From positions 1-64,000 of the IMG/VR virus record IMGVR_UViG_3300028903_000001: DNA of 64,000 nucleotides. One strand, given 5' to 3'. This stretch comes from a virus (Duplodnaviria > Caudoviricetes). The notes beneath the pieces were generated by a model. The model was not told the DNA's origin, searched no databases, and saw only the letters and a program-made list of their open reading frames with translations. Position numbers and translations under genes: made by a program. Positions 1 to 9,522 of the stretch are shown piece after piece (position 1 is the first letter of the stretch; every line of letters begins with the position of its first letter).

Positions 1-157
1 CTGCTTGTGAGTCGAGAGGTTGACAGCGAACCAGCCGCCGAGGGGGCAGAGCGACATGATCCGCACATTGACCAGTTTGTTTGATACCTGGGCCTTGTAG
101 ATGGCCCCGATTCTGACCTCTTTCTTCAACATATCTGTTTCCCCTTTCGTTACATAG

Positions 158-985
158 CTACTTTGGCTCGCTGTCCACCATCGCGGCCTTGACCGTGCTG
201 CCGCAGATCGGCGCGCCAGCGGCGAGGCGAAGCACAAGCTCGATGATGAAGCGCTTTTTGACACTCTCGATCTCGCGCTGCCTCGCCTGAAGCTGGGAGA
301 TTGAGTCTTGAAGCACGACGAAGAAGCTCAGCAGACTCGCATGCATCGAGTGGGGGCAGGGGCCGGATGCCATGCGCTCGACCCTGGTCTGTGGCCTAGA
401 CGCATGTCGCATCTCCTCGGCAACCCTAGCGACCCGCTCGGCTCGCTGCGCCTTTGCCTCGTCACTCTCTTTCGCAGTCATCGCCTCACGGACCTCCTTC
501 GGGAACTTGGCGTCGCGCAGTTTTGCCTGCTCCTCTCGCTCTTCCCTGTCGAGTTGGTCCAAGATCCTTTTGCCCCTCTCAACGATCCGTTTCGTCTCCT
601 CTTCCGACTGCTGCTGCGTCGTCGCGTAGTACGGTGTTCCCGGCTCGTCCTTGTCCGGGTCGGTCTCGGGAAGACTCTTGATGATGTCGGCCAGGTGCCT
701 GAGATCCCTCGGCGGGTGACCCACCTCGACCACGGTCGGCTCGTAGGGCTTCCCGTCAGGTCCGAGACCGCGACGTTTCGCGTCATCGACGAAGCCCAGC
801 GCTTGCGCCACGGGCTTGCCGTCGGGGTCCACAATCTCGAGCGTGCCGGGCATACCGGCTTTGCGGAGCCGCTCAAACTCCTCGTGCATCTGCTCCTCGG
901 TCCCCGTGGCAACCGGGATATTGCTGCGACCGAGATGCTGTATGATGCGCCACTGCGGCTTTGCTACCTTGACTACCTCTTCCAT
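158..985 (-). CDS. Hypothetical protein, charged/coiled-coil
   Basis: 275-aa ORF with GGAG RBS, co-oriented with neighbours. Confidence 0.7.
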   Translation of the reverse strand: MEEVVKVAKPQWRIIQHLGRSNIPVATGTEEQMHEEFERLRKAGMPGTLEIVDPDGKPVAQALGFVDDAKRRGLGPDGKPYEPTVVEVGHPPRDLRHLADIIKSLPETDPDKDEPGTPYYATTQQQSEEETKRIVERGKRILDQLDREEREEQAKLRDAKFPKEVREAMTAKESDEAKAQRAERVARVAEEMRHASRPQTRVERMASGPCPHSMHASLLSFFVVLQDSISQLQARQREIESVKKRFIIELVLRLAAGAPICGSTVKAAMVDSEPK

Positions 986-997
986 TTCGCTCCCTTT

Positions 998-1264
998 CTA
1001 TGCGATGTCGTCCCGGACCTGGTTTTGGTACTCGTCACTTCGCATCCACTTGACAGCAGAGGCGTACAGCGCCTGGGAGAGTTCCGGGTCACGTCCAAGT
1101 CGCTCTACGAGCAGATTCGCCACCTCGATCTCGTCCAAGCCATCGATACCGCTGTCCTTCAAGACGTGGTCGCAGAGATAGTCGACGACTATCTCTTCTG
1201 ACGGGTTAAAGCCTTGAGCCGGTCCACAACTGGGACAGCACGAGTCTCCGCACATGCATGGCAT
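998..1264 (-). CDS. Hypothetical protein with Cys-rich N-terminus
   Basis: MPCMCGDSCCPSCGP; GAGG RBS upstream. Confidence 0.65.
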   Translation of the reverse strand: MPCMCGDSCCPSCGPAQGFNPSEEIVVDYLCDHVLKDSGIDGLDEIEVANLLVERLGRDPELSQALYASAVKWMRSDEYQNQVRDDIA

Positions 1265-1507
1265 ATTGCCTCTCCTATCTTCGCCTAATCCTTAGCCGCC
1301 CTTACCCAGCGGGACAACCGTCGCAACGAGTCCTTGTCTCTATCATATTTCAGGTACATTTTCAACTGGGTAAGCTCCGCATCGTTCATTGAGCGGATAA
1401 TATTGAGACCGTCGTCGTAATGCCTTTTCCCAATCGATTATGTCTTGGCTCATGTCATACCCGATCTGGGGTTGCAGGTAACGGTCTGTACACCGTGAGC
1501 TAGGAAG

Positions 1508-3766
1508 CTACCATTCGAGTTGCGACGGGTCAATCCCTAGCTGCTTGCGATGGTGCAGCACGATGCGTTTGGCGAGCCGCGCCTCACGATCGTCGAATTC
1601 ATTTCGTCTCGCCAGGGCGTGACCGGCTCCGACCCATTGCGCGGAGAACCCCATGCCATCCTTCTGCCTCGCCCCGTCGCAGACCTCGGCGAGTTGGTGA
1701 ATCGACTCGAGCAGAAGCGCCTTGACGTGGCCTGGGCATGGCTTCACGGCGAGTTGCTCAGCGTCCGGCATCAGGTAGACGGGCTGGCCCAGTGACGGAT
1801 CGAGCTTAATCTGTTCCCCAGCCTTACGCTTTCGATCCAAAATAGCGTCGGCAAGATGCAGCTTCTCCACGATAAGCTCGGCCATGCGCTGGTCCAGAGT
1901 CTCATCGAAGGCGAGATAGTCGATGACGACGGGCTCGGACTGTCCGATACGGTGGCACCTGTCTTCGGCCTGTACCACGTTGCCGGGTACCCAGTCGAAT
2001 TCAACGAAGACGATATGACTGGCAGCGGTCAGCGTGATTCCCACCCCAGACGCTAGGGTTGAGCAGAGACAGATTCTGACACTGGGATCGTTCTGGAAAG
2101 CTTGGACACTGTTATCCCTCTTCTTCTCGCTATCTCTACCCAGAATGGTCACCATGTTGTAGTCTTTTAGACCGGCAATGAGTCCGTCTTGGACCTTCTG
2201 ATGATGCGTGAAGACCACAACCTTCTTGGTGCCAGAGTCGAGAAGTTCGCTGATATGTGCAATAGCGGGTTCGATCTTGGCTTCGCCAAGCATGGCGCGG
2301 ATCCTGGCCATCTCCTGGAAATCTGCCTTCTCGCCCCTTCTGATCTCGGCAAGCTGATCAGTGAATGCGCCGATGTCTCCGGTGAGTTGCGACACGGCTG
2401 CATTGGTCATGGCGGCATCGTACCTGTCATAGATCGCGGCCTGAGCCTTCACGGCGCGCTTCGCATCGGGTGAATCGGGGTCGAGGGCGAAGACTCGCCG
2501 CCGCTTGGGAGGAAGTTCCTTTAGCACGTCGGCCTTGAGCCGACGAAGCATCAATCCGCCGCTTCTGAGCTTGGTTTGAAGCTCCTGCTCATTCTTACTG
2601 CCCTCGAATATCCATACCGTTGTCATACCCTTTCCCTTGACTGGCACTTCTTCCGTAGGCTTTGCTGTATATCGGTTGCCGAAACTGTAAATACTCTTCC
2701 AGATATCGGGCCTGAGTGAGGATATGATGGGCCAAAGTTCAATAGCCCTGTTGGGGACCGGAGTGCCGGTGAGAGCGATTGCCCTCGGTATTGTTCGAAA
2801 GATACCCGGCTCCTTCACGCTGCCGATGATAGCTTTACTCATAGCAGCTTTGGGATTCTTGAGCTTGTGAATCTCATCCACCACGATAAGGTCCCAGTCA
2901 AAGGACTTTATCGACTCGAGCATCCCCTTACCGCGTCCCTTGACCAACTTCTCGTAATTGGTCACACCGATCACGGGTTGATTTTGCGACGCAACGATGA
3001 GATCGTGCATATCCTTGCTGCTGTACAGGACCTTTGCCAGCGTGGGGACGACGAGGAATCTTGCCGCCTCTCTCACCCAGTTTCGACACACCGTGGCCTG
3101 AACAAGGATTAGGGTTTTCCTTATCCTCGGCTCTGCATTCAGAAGTCCTAGAACTTGCAGGGTTTTCCCAACACCTGGTTCGTCAGCAATCATGGTGCGA
3201 TGATTTTCTTGCAACCATTCGATTCCTGCTAGCTGACATGGGTAATAGCTCAGTCCTGCCGGGATAGGGATGTCTCTTTGGGACTTTTCCGACGGCTCTG
3301 CGGCTTCGCTTTTACGTTCGGTCTCGAGCAGTTTGTCGAGAGCGGCGAGAGCCTGGGGCGTTGCGTAGCTGCGGAGGCGATTTGCCTTCGTGAAATCGGT
3401 CGTGAACCAAGCCTTGCGCGGCACACCGATATTGCAGGCGAAACAATGCCCGGTCTCGCAGCGATCGGGACCATGCCACTGAAACCCGGCATCCTTGACC
3501 GCTTTTCGCTCCGATACCTGCTCGTAGGCGAGTGGGATGTACCAAGCCTTGTCGCCCGGCACGATCATCATGGTGACTGCCGTGGGAGGCGGCGCGGCGG
3601 GCTGAACGACCTGGAGGCATGCGGCGTGGAAGGCACGAAAGTTGTCGGTGTCCCAGACAATGCGGTCGCCGGGATTGATCATCTTGCCGCACTTCGCGCA
3701 CTTACCGCGCTTCTTCGACGTCATCGTGATGACGGGATTGTCTTCAACAGGCTTACGTGTCTTCAT
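1508..3766 (-). CDS. SNF2/SWI2-family (SMARCAL1-like) helicase with N-terminal Zn finger
   Basis: ADEPGVGKT (I), VVDEIH (II), LTGTP (III), GVGITLTAA (V), QAEDRCHRIGQ (VI); N-terminal CAKC...HAAC. Confidence 0.95.
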   Translation of the reverse strand: MKTRKPVEDNPVITMTSKKRGKCAKCGKMINPGDRIVWDTDNFRAFHAACLQVVQPAAPPPTAVTMMIVPGDKAWYIPLAYEQVSERKAVKDAGFQWHGPDRCETGHCFACNIGVPRKAWFTTDFTKANRLRSYATPQALAALDKLLETERKSEAAEPSEKSQRDIPIPAGLSYYPCQLAGIEWLQENHRTMIADEPGVGKTLQVLGLLNAEPRIRKTLILVQATVCRNWVREAARFLVVPTLAKVLYSSKDMHDLIVASQNQPVIGVTNYEKLVKGRGKGMLESIKSFDWDLIVVDEIHKLKNPKAAMSKAIIGSVKEPGIFRTIPRAIALTGTPVPNRAIELWPIISSLRPDIWKSIYSFGNRYTAKPTEEVPVKGKGMTTVWIFEGSKNEQELQTKLRSGGLMLRRLKADVLKELPPKRRRVFALDPDSPDAKRAVKAQAAIYDRYDAAMTNAAVSQLTGDIGAFTDQLAEIRRGEKADFQEMARIRAMLGEAKIEPAIAHISELLDSGTKKVVVFTHHQKVQDGLIAGLKDYNMVTILGRDSEKKRDNSVQAFQNDPSVRICLCSTLASGVGITLTAASHIVFVEFDWVPGNVVQAEDRCHRIGQSEPVVIDYLAFDETLDQRMAELIVEKLHLADAILDRKRKAGEQIKLDPSLGQPVYLMPDAEQLAVKPCPGHVKALLLESIHQLAEVCDGARQKDGMGFSAQWVGAGHALARRNEFDDREARLAKRIVLHHRKQLGIDPSQLEW

Positions 3767-4086
3767 TTTACCATCAGTTCCGGCAACCTGCTCTGGGCAA
3801 GGTCTCTATTCAGACGCCTGACAGCTTCCGCCTTCATGGCAGACCAACCGTCTGAGCCGCCGATGTCAGTACTATGTACCGAGCCATAGTCATTTGCCAC
3901 GAATGTTAGGTTGTATGAGTAGTCGTAATCGTCGTGGTATATGTCCACCTCCACCCTGGACTCGCCATAATACCTACCTCCACCAGGTCCGCTGCGGAAG
4001 ACGCTTACCTCAACCCTGAACCCGGATCGAGTCAGTTTCTCTGCCCACTTCAGAGTGGACTTTTCAAGTGTTCCTATCGCGGGCAT
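3763..4086 (-). CDS. Hypothetical protein
   Basis: 107-aa ORF, ATGA overlap with helicase start. Confidence 0.7.
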   Translation of the reverse strand: MPAIGTLEKSTLKWAEKLTRSGFRVEVSVFRSGPGGGRYYGESRVEVDIYHDDYDYSYNLTFVANDYGSVHSTDIGGSDGWSAMKAEAVRRLNRDLAQSRLPELMVK

Positions 4087-4089
4087 GGT

Positions 4090-4305
4090 CTACTCCTCGT
4101 CCTCGTCCTCGTCCTCTTCCGGCTCGTCCTCGTCGCACAACTCACAGTTGTCTCTGGGCTGGTCTGGATGGTCTGGGCACACCTCGGCTATGTAGGCTTC
4201 GTATTCCTCGTCGTAACTATCTGACAGGATCTTCTCAGCCTGTCGCATCGAGTACAGATCGCCTTCCAGCAAGCCTTCGTCGTTGAATATGCCGTATTGC
4301 TTCAT
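4090..4305 (-). CDS. Small acidic protein with CxxH...CxxC and D/E tail
   Basis: Start MKQYGIF overlaps the upstream stop; VCPDHP..NCELC followed by acidic tail. Confidence 0.65.
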   Translation of the reverse strand: MKQYGIFNDEGLLEGDLYSMRQAEKILSDSYDEEYEAYIAEVCPDHPDQPRDNCELCDEDEPEEDEDEDEE

Positions 4306-4955
4306 TTCGCCTTCCTCTCCAACTCCACGGCCATGGCTCTGAGTGATGCAGCTTTGATCTCTCCTAGATCTGACTTGAATGCTACCGAGATGGCCGACAG
4401 GAGGTCCGCTGCTCGGTTGATACTGTCGCGTACCACCTCGAGCCGCTTCTCCTCGCTCATCCCACTTAGCTCCTCTCGGGTGATGGGTAGGACCGACAAG
4501 TCCCATGTCTGGGGCCTATTCTTGCTAGCCCTGGCTCGCTCCTTCGCGATCCTGTCCCGTATCAGGCGCAAGCCCTCTTCCCCCTCGTCGCCACGATTCA
4601 CGATGCGTGGCTTATTGTACCTGCCACGAGAACTATGGTATCGACCGAATGGGCCAGAGCCGCTTGGTGTATAGCTTGAAGGCATATATGCGTAGTTTGT
4701 ACCCAGAATCTGATTGATCTGCGGCATTTGGGTTCGAAGGACCAGCCCCATCTCACGCTCCGAGAGAATACTTCTCTCAGCTAGGTCGGACACTTCTGCG
4801 TATCCCTTGGCGTACAAGACCACAGCTTCTATCGCCAGGGCGAGTCTCTCTTCCCTTGATGGGGACAGCGCCTCATCCGTCTCAGCCCTATCTCTTGCCC
4901 GTTTGGCCAGTTCTCGCCAGTTCATCCAATTACCTCGACGCGGAGTATACGCCAC
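4302..4955 (-). CDS. Hypothetical protein
   Basis: 217-aa ORF; start may be the downstream MNWREL. Confidence 0.6.
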   Translation of the reverse strand: MAYTPRRGNWMNWRELAKRARDRAETDEALSPSREERLALAIEAVVLYAKGYAEVSDLAERSILSEREMGLVLRTQMPQINQILGTNYAYMPSSYTPSGSGPFGRYHSSRGRYNKPRIVNRGDEGEEGLRLIRDRIAKERARASKNRPQTWDLSVLPITREELSGMSEEKRLEVVRDSINRAADLLSAISVAFKSDLGEIKAASLRAMAVELERKAK

Positions 4956-4978
4956 GTCTCAAGCCGTGTCACCACAGT

Positions 4979-5428
4979 CTATGCCGATTTCCACCATGGC
5001 GGCATCCGCTCGTTGAGCATGCGCTCATACATCGACACCACGACTTGCTCCGACACGCCGTGAACATTCCTTGCCGCAGCTACGATGGGGTCACAGTGGA
5101 TCGTGACGTACTCGGCCTCGTAGCCATAGGCCGCTGCTCCCAGCATATACGGGGCCATCTCGACGGCTGTCGAGTTGGTGTTGTCCACGATGACCAAGTC
5201 CGTCTTGCGCTGTAGCGCCTCGATGAAGCTCTTGAAGCACTCGGCATGGGCCTGGGACAACAGACTCGCGTCGAATGCGTATCTGCCGTTGCCGAGCCTG
5301 ACGAAGTAGGCGTCAGCCGATACGATTTTGTGCCTGTAGCTACCATACGCCACGTAGCTCTTGACGATTTCCATGGCCGCAGTGGTCTTGCCGCTACCCG
5401 GCACTCCTCGCATGACGATGACTCTCAT
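4979..5428 (-). CDS. P-loop kinase, N4BP2-like/AAA_33 family
   Basis: MRGVPGSGKTT Walker A, SADAYF, AHAEC, IVDNTN, RNVHGV. Confidence 0.85.
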   Translation of the reverse strand: MRVIVMRGVPGSGKTTAAMEIVKSYVAYGSYRHKIVSADAYFVRLGNGRYAFDASLLSQAHAECFKSFIEALQRKTDLVIVDNTNSTAVEMAPYMLGAAAYGYEAEYVTIHCDPIVAAARNVHGVSEQVVVSMYERMLNERMPPWWKSA

Positions 5429-5649
5429 ATCTCCTCCACTTTTAGAGCCAAGGCTCTATGCCGAATCTTGCCAAGAACTCTCGAGCCTCGCAGATGTCGC
5501 AGCCCATGCACTCCACTCCCTGCTGCCACGACTTGAACTGCCTACACGTCTCACCCCTGGGTCTGCCATGGCGCGCAGAGGCGAAGCGGCATCCGTAGCC
5601 ACTAGTCGTCGCCTGAAGCCTACGCAGAGCCTCTCCAAGCGCAAGTCCC

Positions 5650-5850
5650 TCATCCCTCCACGATCCTGAACTCTTCGCCAAGCAACGCTGTCAATGCTCC
5701 GACGACGCAGTTTTCGCCACATACTGGGCAGTCGTAGTCCTCCGCGTCGGGCTCCGTCGTCTCCCGTGTGAAGCTCTGGCACTGCACGCACCAGCCCTCG
5801 TAGTTGTTTTCCGCCACGGCGTAGCGCTCGAACGAGATCAATTTCGGCAC
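5650..5850 (-). CDS. Small Zn-ribbon protein
   Basis: CVQC...EPDAEDYDCPVCG; GGAGG RBS, GTG start. Confidence 0.7.
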   Translation of the reverse strand: MPKLISFERYAVAENNYEGWCVQCQSFTRETTEPDAEDYDCPVCGENCVVGALTALLGEEFRIVEG

Positions 5851-5861
5851 GGCTCACCTCC

Positions 5862-5914
5862 ATCGTGGGTCCGGTGAGATGGTCGAGACTCGACCATCCG
5901 GCCCGACCCGCGAT
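5862..5914. repeat. Intergenic inverted repeat/hairpin
   Basis: Perfect GATGGTCGAG-A-CTCGACCATC (5878-5898) inside imperfect outer arms. Confidence 0.6.
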
Positions 5915-5916
5915 AG

Positions 5917-7128
5917 CTAGCCGAGAGCCTCCACGATGTCGGCCCAGATCCGCTCAATCGTAGAGACATGACCCTTCGACCCGTCGCCGCCCTCGCGGTG
6001 CGCGACTTCGTGGACCAGGACGCGCAGCGTCTCTCTGCGGCTGCCTAGGATCCGCCTGGCGATCGAGATCTCGGCACCGGAGTCGCGTTTGTGATGGAGT
6101 CCCAGCAGGTTCTCGTCGCGGAAATCGACGATTTCGACCGAGTCCAGCGCCAGATCCATGGTGACGCAGGCCACCGTGTCGATTGCCCTCGTGAGACTCG
6201 CCTGCTCCAGGTCCGATAGCTCGTGCCACGAATAGACGCGAGTCGCCTCGGTGGCGTATCTCGCCTTGATCTCGTCGATAGTGCCGTATTTGCGGCGCAG
6301 GATGTGCCCCAGCGCATCACCGACGACGATTCCACGCTTGCCGAGGTGACCCACGTCCTCACTCTCAGCGAGCGAGCCGACCGGAATCGCGTCGCTGCCG
6401 TGTCGCCGCTCGAACTCCGCAGTGACGGCATTGACCACGCTGTCCGACAGGTATTTTGCCGTGTACTCGCCGATACCCTTGCAGTCTGGACTATTGTCGT
6501 CGAGCATGATCTGGAACGAATCGACCAGATCCGGCCTGCGACCCAGTGCGCTCAGCCAGATCTGCGACATATGGTATTGTAGCGACCACTTGTCGATCAT
6601 GCGCCGGTCACGATCGATTTCCACGTTGTCAAAGTCATAACCGTACGCGAGATCATGGTCGTTTTGGACATGAATGCCTTTGCAGTACAGCATTCCCCTG
6701 CTTTCCGGGTCGAGCAGTAGCGAGCCGTAGCTCGTCTTGACTCGTGCCGTCTTCTTGCGCCCGTCGCCCAGGAATAGGAAGAGCTTGCGCATCGTGGTCC
6801 AAGCCTCGGCGTTGACTCCGTGTACCTCGACCTGGACCCGCTGCTCGGCCTTGCGGCCCGTCGCGATCTGGAAGCACAGCACGTCGGCATTGAATCGATC
6901 GCTTCGCTGGATCGAGGGAATCCAGACCTCGTCGCCGCTGCGGATCTTGATCCTGAGCCCCTCTCGGACCAGGGCGAGGACTCCGAGCTTCAAGCCCTCA
7001 CCGAACTTGCCGCGCATATCGCTGCGGTCCGTCTTCGTCGTGTGCCCGAGCAGCAATGCCTCGTGCGGCAGCACGACTCCCTCGTTCTCGATCACCAGCA
7101 CATTGCCGTCCCGATGCCGGATCGTCAT
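5917..7128 (-). CDS. GHKL (HATPase_c-like) protein with C-terminal HExxH, apparently lacking the N-box
   Basis: IENEG, LLLGHTTK, GKFGEGLKLG; C-terminal LVHEVAH; start MTIRHRD overlaps the upstream stop. Confidence 0.75.
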   Translation of the reverse strand: MTIRHRDGNVLVIENEGVVLPHEALLLGHTTKTDRSDMRGKFGEGLKLGVLALVREGLRIKIRSGDEVWIPSIQRSDRFNADVLCFQIATGRKAEQRVQVEVHGVNAEAWTTMRKLFLFLGDGRKKTARVKTSYGSLLLDPESRGMLYCKGIHVQNDHDLAYGYDFDNVEIDRDRRMIDKWSLQYHMSQIWLSALGRRPDLVDSFQIMLDDNSPDCKGIGEYTAKYLSDSVVNAVTAEFERRHGSDAIPVGSLAESEDVGHLGKRGIVVGDALGHILRRKYGTIDEIKARYATEATRVYSWHELSDLEQASLTRAIDTVACVTMDLALDSVEIVDFRDENLLGLHHKRDSGAEISIARRILGSRRETLRVLVHEVAHREGGDGSKGHVSTIERIWADIVEALG

Positions 7129-7367
7129 CTGCTTGCCTCGGCAATTGCCTCTTCCCAGGAATGCCCCGTACCCATGACAGCCCTGCACCAGGTCTCGGTC
7201 CCCACACTGTACACCGACTCTCCCGGAGTCTGACAGCCTTTTCTGAAGCAACGGCATCTTTTGACACCGTTTCTGTCGCAGAAAAAGCCACCTTTGCCAA
7301 CCTCGGCCCATACCCTGTAGCCGGGCCACAGTGCTCGAAGCGCCTGGAGAACCTTGTGCCTAGTCAC
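7125..7367 (-). CDS. Hypothetical protein
   Basis: GTGA overlap upstream and ATGA overlap downstream. Confidence 0.5.
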   Translation of the reverse strand: MTRHKVLQALRALWPGYRVWAEVGKGGFFCDRNGVKRCRCFRKGCQTPGESVYSVGTETWCRAVMGTGHSWEEAIAEASR

Positions 7368-7612
7368 TTGCCCCTCACAAATCCGTCCCGGACCAGTACG
7401 TCTCGGACCGCTTTTCGGTGCGCCCTGGTCGCGGTTCTCCCGGTCCAGTACTGCCCCTCGGCGTAGTAGGCGGCGAGACCAGGGCACACCCTGCGGCACA
7501 TATCCGCGACCCTGCCCATAGGCATGTCAGCGGGTACGATAGCCATCTCACACTCTGGCTCTCCATTCTCGTCGAGGACGAGAGCGGAGACGGTGCGCTC
7601 GGGGCGGCTCAT
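7364..7612 (-). CDS. Hypothetical protein
   Basis: 82 aa, GGAGGAG RBS, overlap-coupled. Confidence 0.65.
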   Translation of the reverse strand: MSRPERTVSALVLDENGEPECEMAIVPADMPMGRVADMCRRVCPGLAAYYAEGQYWTGRTATRAHRKAVRDVLVRDGFVRGK

Positions 7613-8064
7613 TTATCTCCTCCCGTGTAATGACGATGGATCGCGTAGACCTGATTTGCCACTTTGTGACCCATCGTGGTGCCAATCGCCTTGGCGAGCC
7701 TACGTGGCATACGGGTGTACAGCGAATCGATTGCTGGCCAGTTCTCGTCAGCCTGCTCGACGGTGTAGGAGAATTTGGCGAGCCGCTTGACCACGGCGGC
7801 TTCGAATGCCTCCATCATCACCCTCTCCGCATCCACTGCCTCGAGGATCTCGATCTCCTTGTCCGACTCCTCGATTTTCGCGACGGTCGCGGCGTGGATA
7901 AGCGCTCGCGTCGTGTCGTGGACCGAGTCGCAATCGACGTGGTCCTCGACGAGCGCAGCGACGTGGCTAAGTAGCAGATCCCAGATGATCTCTGCCGTTG
8001 CGACCTGGGGTTGCCTGAGCATTTCGCTGATCATGCCGTCCTCCTGAGAAGTCCAATCTCGCAA
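7609..8064 (-). CDS. Hypothetical protein (likely start MISEML near 8034)
   Basis: Helical acidic ORF, AGGAGG RBS before the internal Met. Confidence 0.6.
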   Translation of the reverse strand: MRDWTSQEDGMISEMLRQPQVATAEIIWDLLLSHVAALVEDHVDCDSVHDTTRALIHAATVAKIEESDKEIEILEAVDAERVMMEAFEAAVVKRLAKFSYTVEQADENWPAIDSLYTRMPRRLAKAIGTTMGHKVANQVYAIHRHYTGGDK

Positions 8065-8366
8065 TTCGCGAGGATGTAGTCGCGACCGAGTCCCGCCTTG
8101 GCGAGAGGCTCGATTCGCCTCGAGCCTGGGGGCAGGACGAGGCGGAACACGAGCGCCTCGTCACCGGGTCGCATCACGATCGTGCGCCTGTCGTAGGGCA
8201 CCTCGATGCCGGTTAGCTCGCTGAGTGCCTCGGCGGTCTCGCGGTAGCCGATCGAGGACTGCCACTCGCCGTCCTCCAGCCACTGGATCGCCTCGATGAG
8301 GCTGATTAGTGCGTAGGTGTAGTCGCCGGGCGCTGTGATCACAGCGCTGGACAGGATATGCCTCAT
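8031..8366 (-). CDS. DUF1874/STIV B116/YddF family protein (AcrIII-1 ring-nuclease-like), catalytic His replaced by Tyr
   Basis: SAVIT..G.Y...IS..EA..WL...SSIGYRETAEALSELTGIEVPYDRRTIVMRPGDEALVFRL matches the family pattern SxIGHxxTAxxLSxLxGxxVxxNRxxIxxxxGD; GGAGG RBS. Confidence 0.75.
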   Translation of the reverse strand: MRHILSSAVITAPGDYTYALISLIEAIQWLEDGEWQSSIGYRETAEALSELTGIEVPYDRRTIVMRPGDEALVFRLVLPPGSRRIEPLAKAGLGRDYILANCEIGLLRRTA

Positions 8367-8759
8367 AGCTCGCCTCCATTCGGTGGTTTGGGTGACCAAG
8401 ACCGCATCCAGGCGGCAGGGGCTGGCAGCCAGGAGCACTCCTCGCCACCCTCGTAGACGACGAAACGGCTCTCTGCGGCATCCCACCAGCCGTACACGAC
8501 GCCTCTGTCGGGGTACCAGGCCCAGACGTCCCGTTCATCGATCGGGGCACCTGAGACCCAGATATGCTCCCACACCTGTCGCTCCACTACCTGTCGCATC
8601 GCGACGCCTCCCTCGCGCAGACCCAGGCAGCCCTGGCGCAGGCCAGGGTGAGCCGCCACACCGCTCTCAGACTGCGGGGGCGGGCCAGCGGTGCCAGACC
8701 GGCCATGACCGCTCGCAGCGTGGGTTCGGGGACCCGGTTTGTGACTCGTTGTGTGATGC

Positions 8760-9113
8760 TCATTCCTCCTCCTCCTCGTTCTCTCGCTCCCACTCCGCTT
8801 GCTCCACCACGTCGATGGCCCACTGCCGCGATCTGAGGTCAGCGGGGGATTCCTCGATGGCCAGAACCACCGAGGTGACAGCGCACCCCAGCGTGTCGAG
8901 CCAATCGATCGGGCTCGGCGTGTAGGCTGTCTCATACTCCGTGAGCAGGACAGGGTTGCCATTGGTCCGAAGATAAAACAGCCACCCCCTCGCGCCGGTC
9001 AGCGCAGGGGCGGTCCAGAGACTGACTCTCTGGTCTCCGTCCCTCATGTTACTGAGGATCTCCGTGGCCCTGTCCTCGTCCACTGAAATGTCGTTGGTAA
9101 CGTAGTAGCTCAC
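8760..9113 (-). CDS. Hypothetical protein with acidic tail
   Basis: GTG start, GGAGG RBS, overlap-coupled. Confidence 0.6.
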   Translation of the reverse strand: MSYYVTNDISVDEDRATEILSNMRDGDQRVSLWTAPALTGARGWLFYLRTNGNPVLLTEYETAYTPSPIDWLDTLGCAVTSVVLAIEESPADLRSRQWAIDVVEQAEWERENEEEEE

Positions 9114-9334
9114 GACTCACCTCCGTAGCGACGGACATATTCGCCCTGCTCCACCTGCATGGCGTAGGGATCCATGGGTCCCTGCCCCACGTATACGTCG
9201 ACACCGCACGCTGCGCAGCGTGCGTATCCATCCTCGCTCCACGCGGGGACTATGTGCGGCAGGTGCCGCACGGTTTCGCAGCCCTTACGCGGACCGCGAG
9301 TGATGTAGTGTCTCTGCGCGCATGTCCTGGTCAT
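9110..9334 (-). CDS. Small Cys-containing hypothetical protein
   Basis: 74 aa, CAAC motif, GGAGG RBS. Confidence 0.55.
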   Translation of the reverse strand: MTRTCAQRHYITRGPRKGCETVRHLPHIVPAWSEDGYARCAACGVDVYVGQGPMDPYAMQVEQGEYVRRYGGES

Positions 9335-9522
9335 TTCCCACCTCCAGCGTATCCGGACTCGTTGCGGTATCGGTCCCAGCCCGCCGCATCGTTTTTATCG
9401 GGCATGTCTGTTCGGTCGACACTGCCCGGCTCATCGCCGTCGTACAGGTATCGCTCCGCGTCTGCGCGCGTCTCGAATCCTCCGACCCTGCCGCCGTTCT
9501 CGTAATTGATTTCCCACGTCAT
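9331..9522 (-). CDS. Small hypothetical protein
   Basis: 63 aa, ATGA overlaps, GGAGG RBS. Confidence 0.6.
   Translation of the reverse strand: MTWEINYENGGRVGGFETRADAERYLYDGDEPGSVDRTDMPDKNDAAGWDRYRNESGYAGGGK

Noticed and set aside
308-1201. 297-aa plus-strand ORF
   Set aside because: Antisense to two RBS-bearing minus-strand genes
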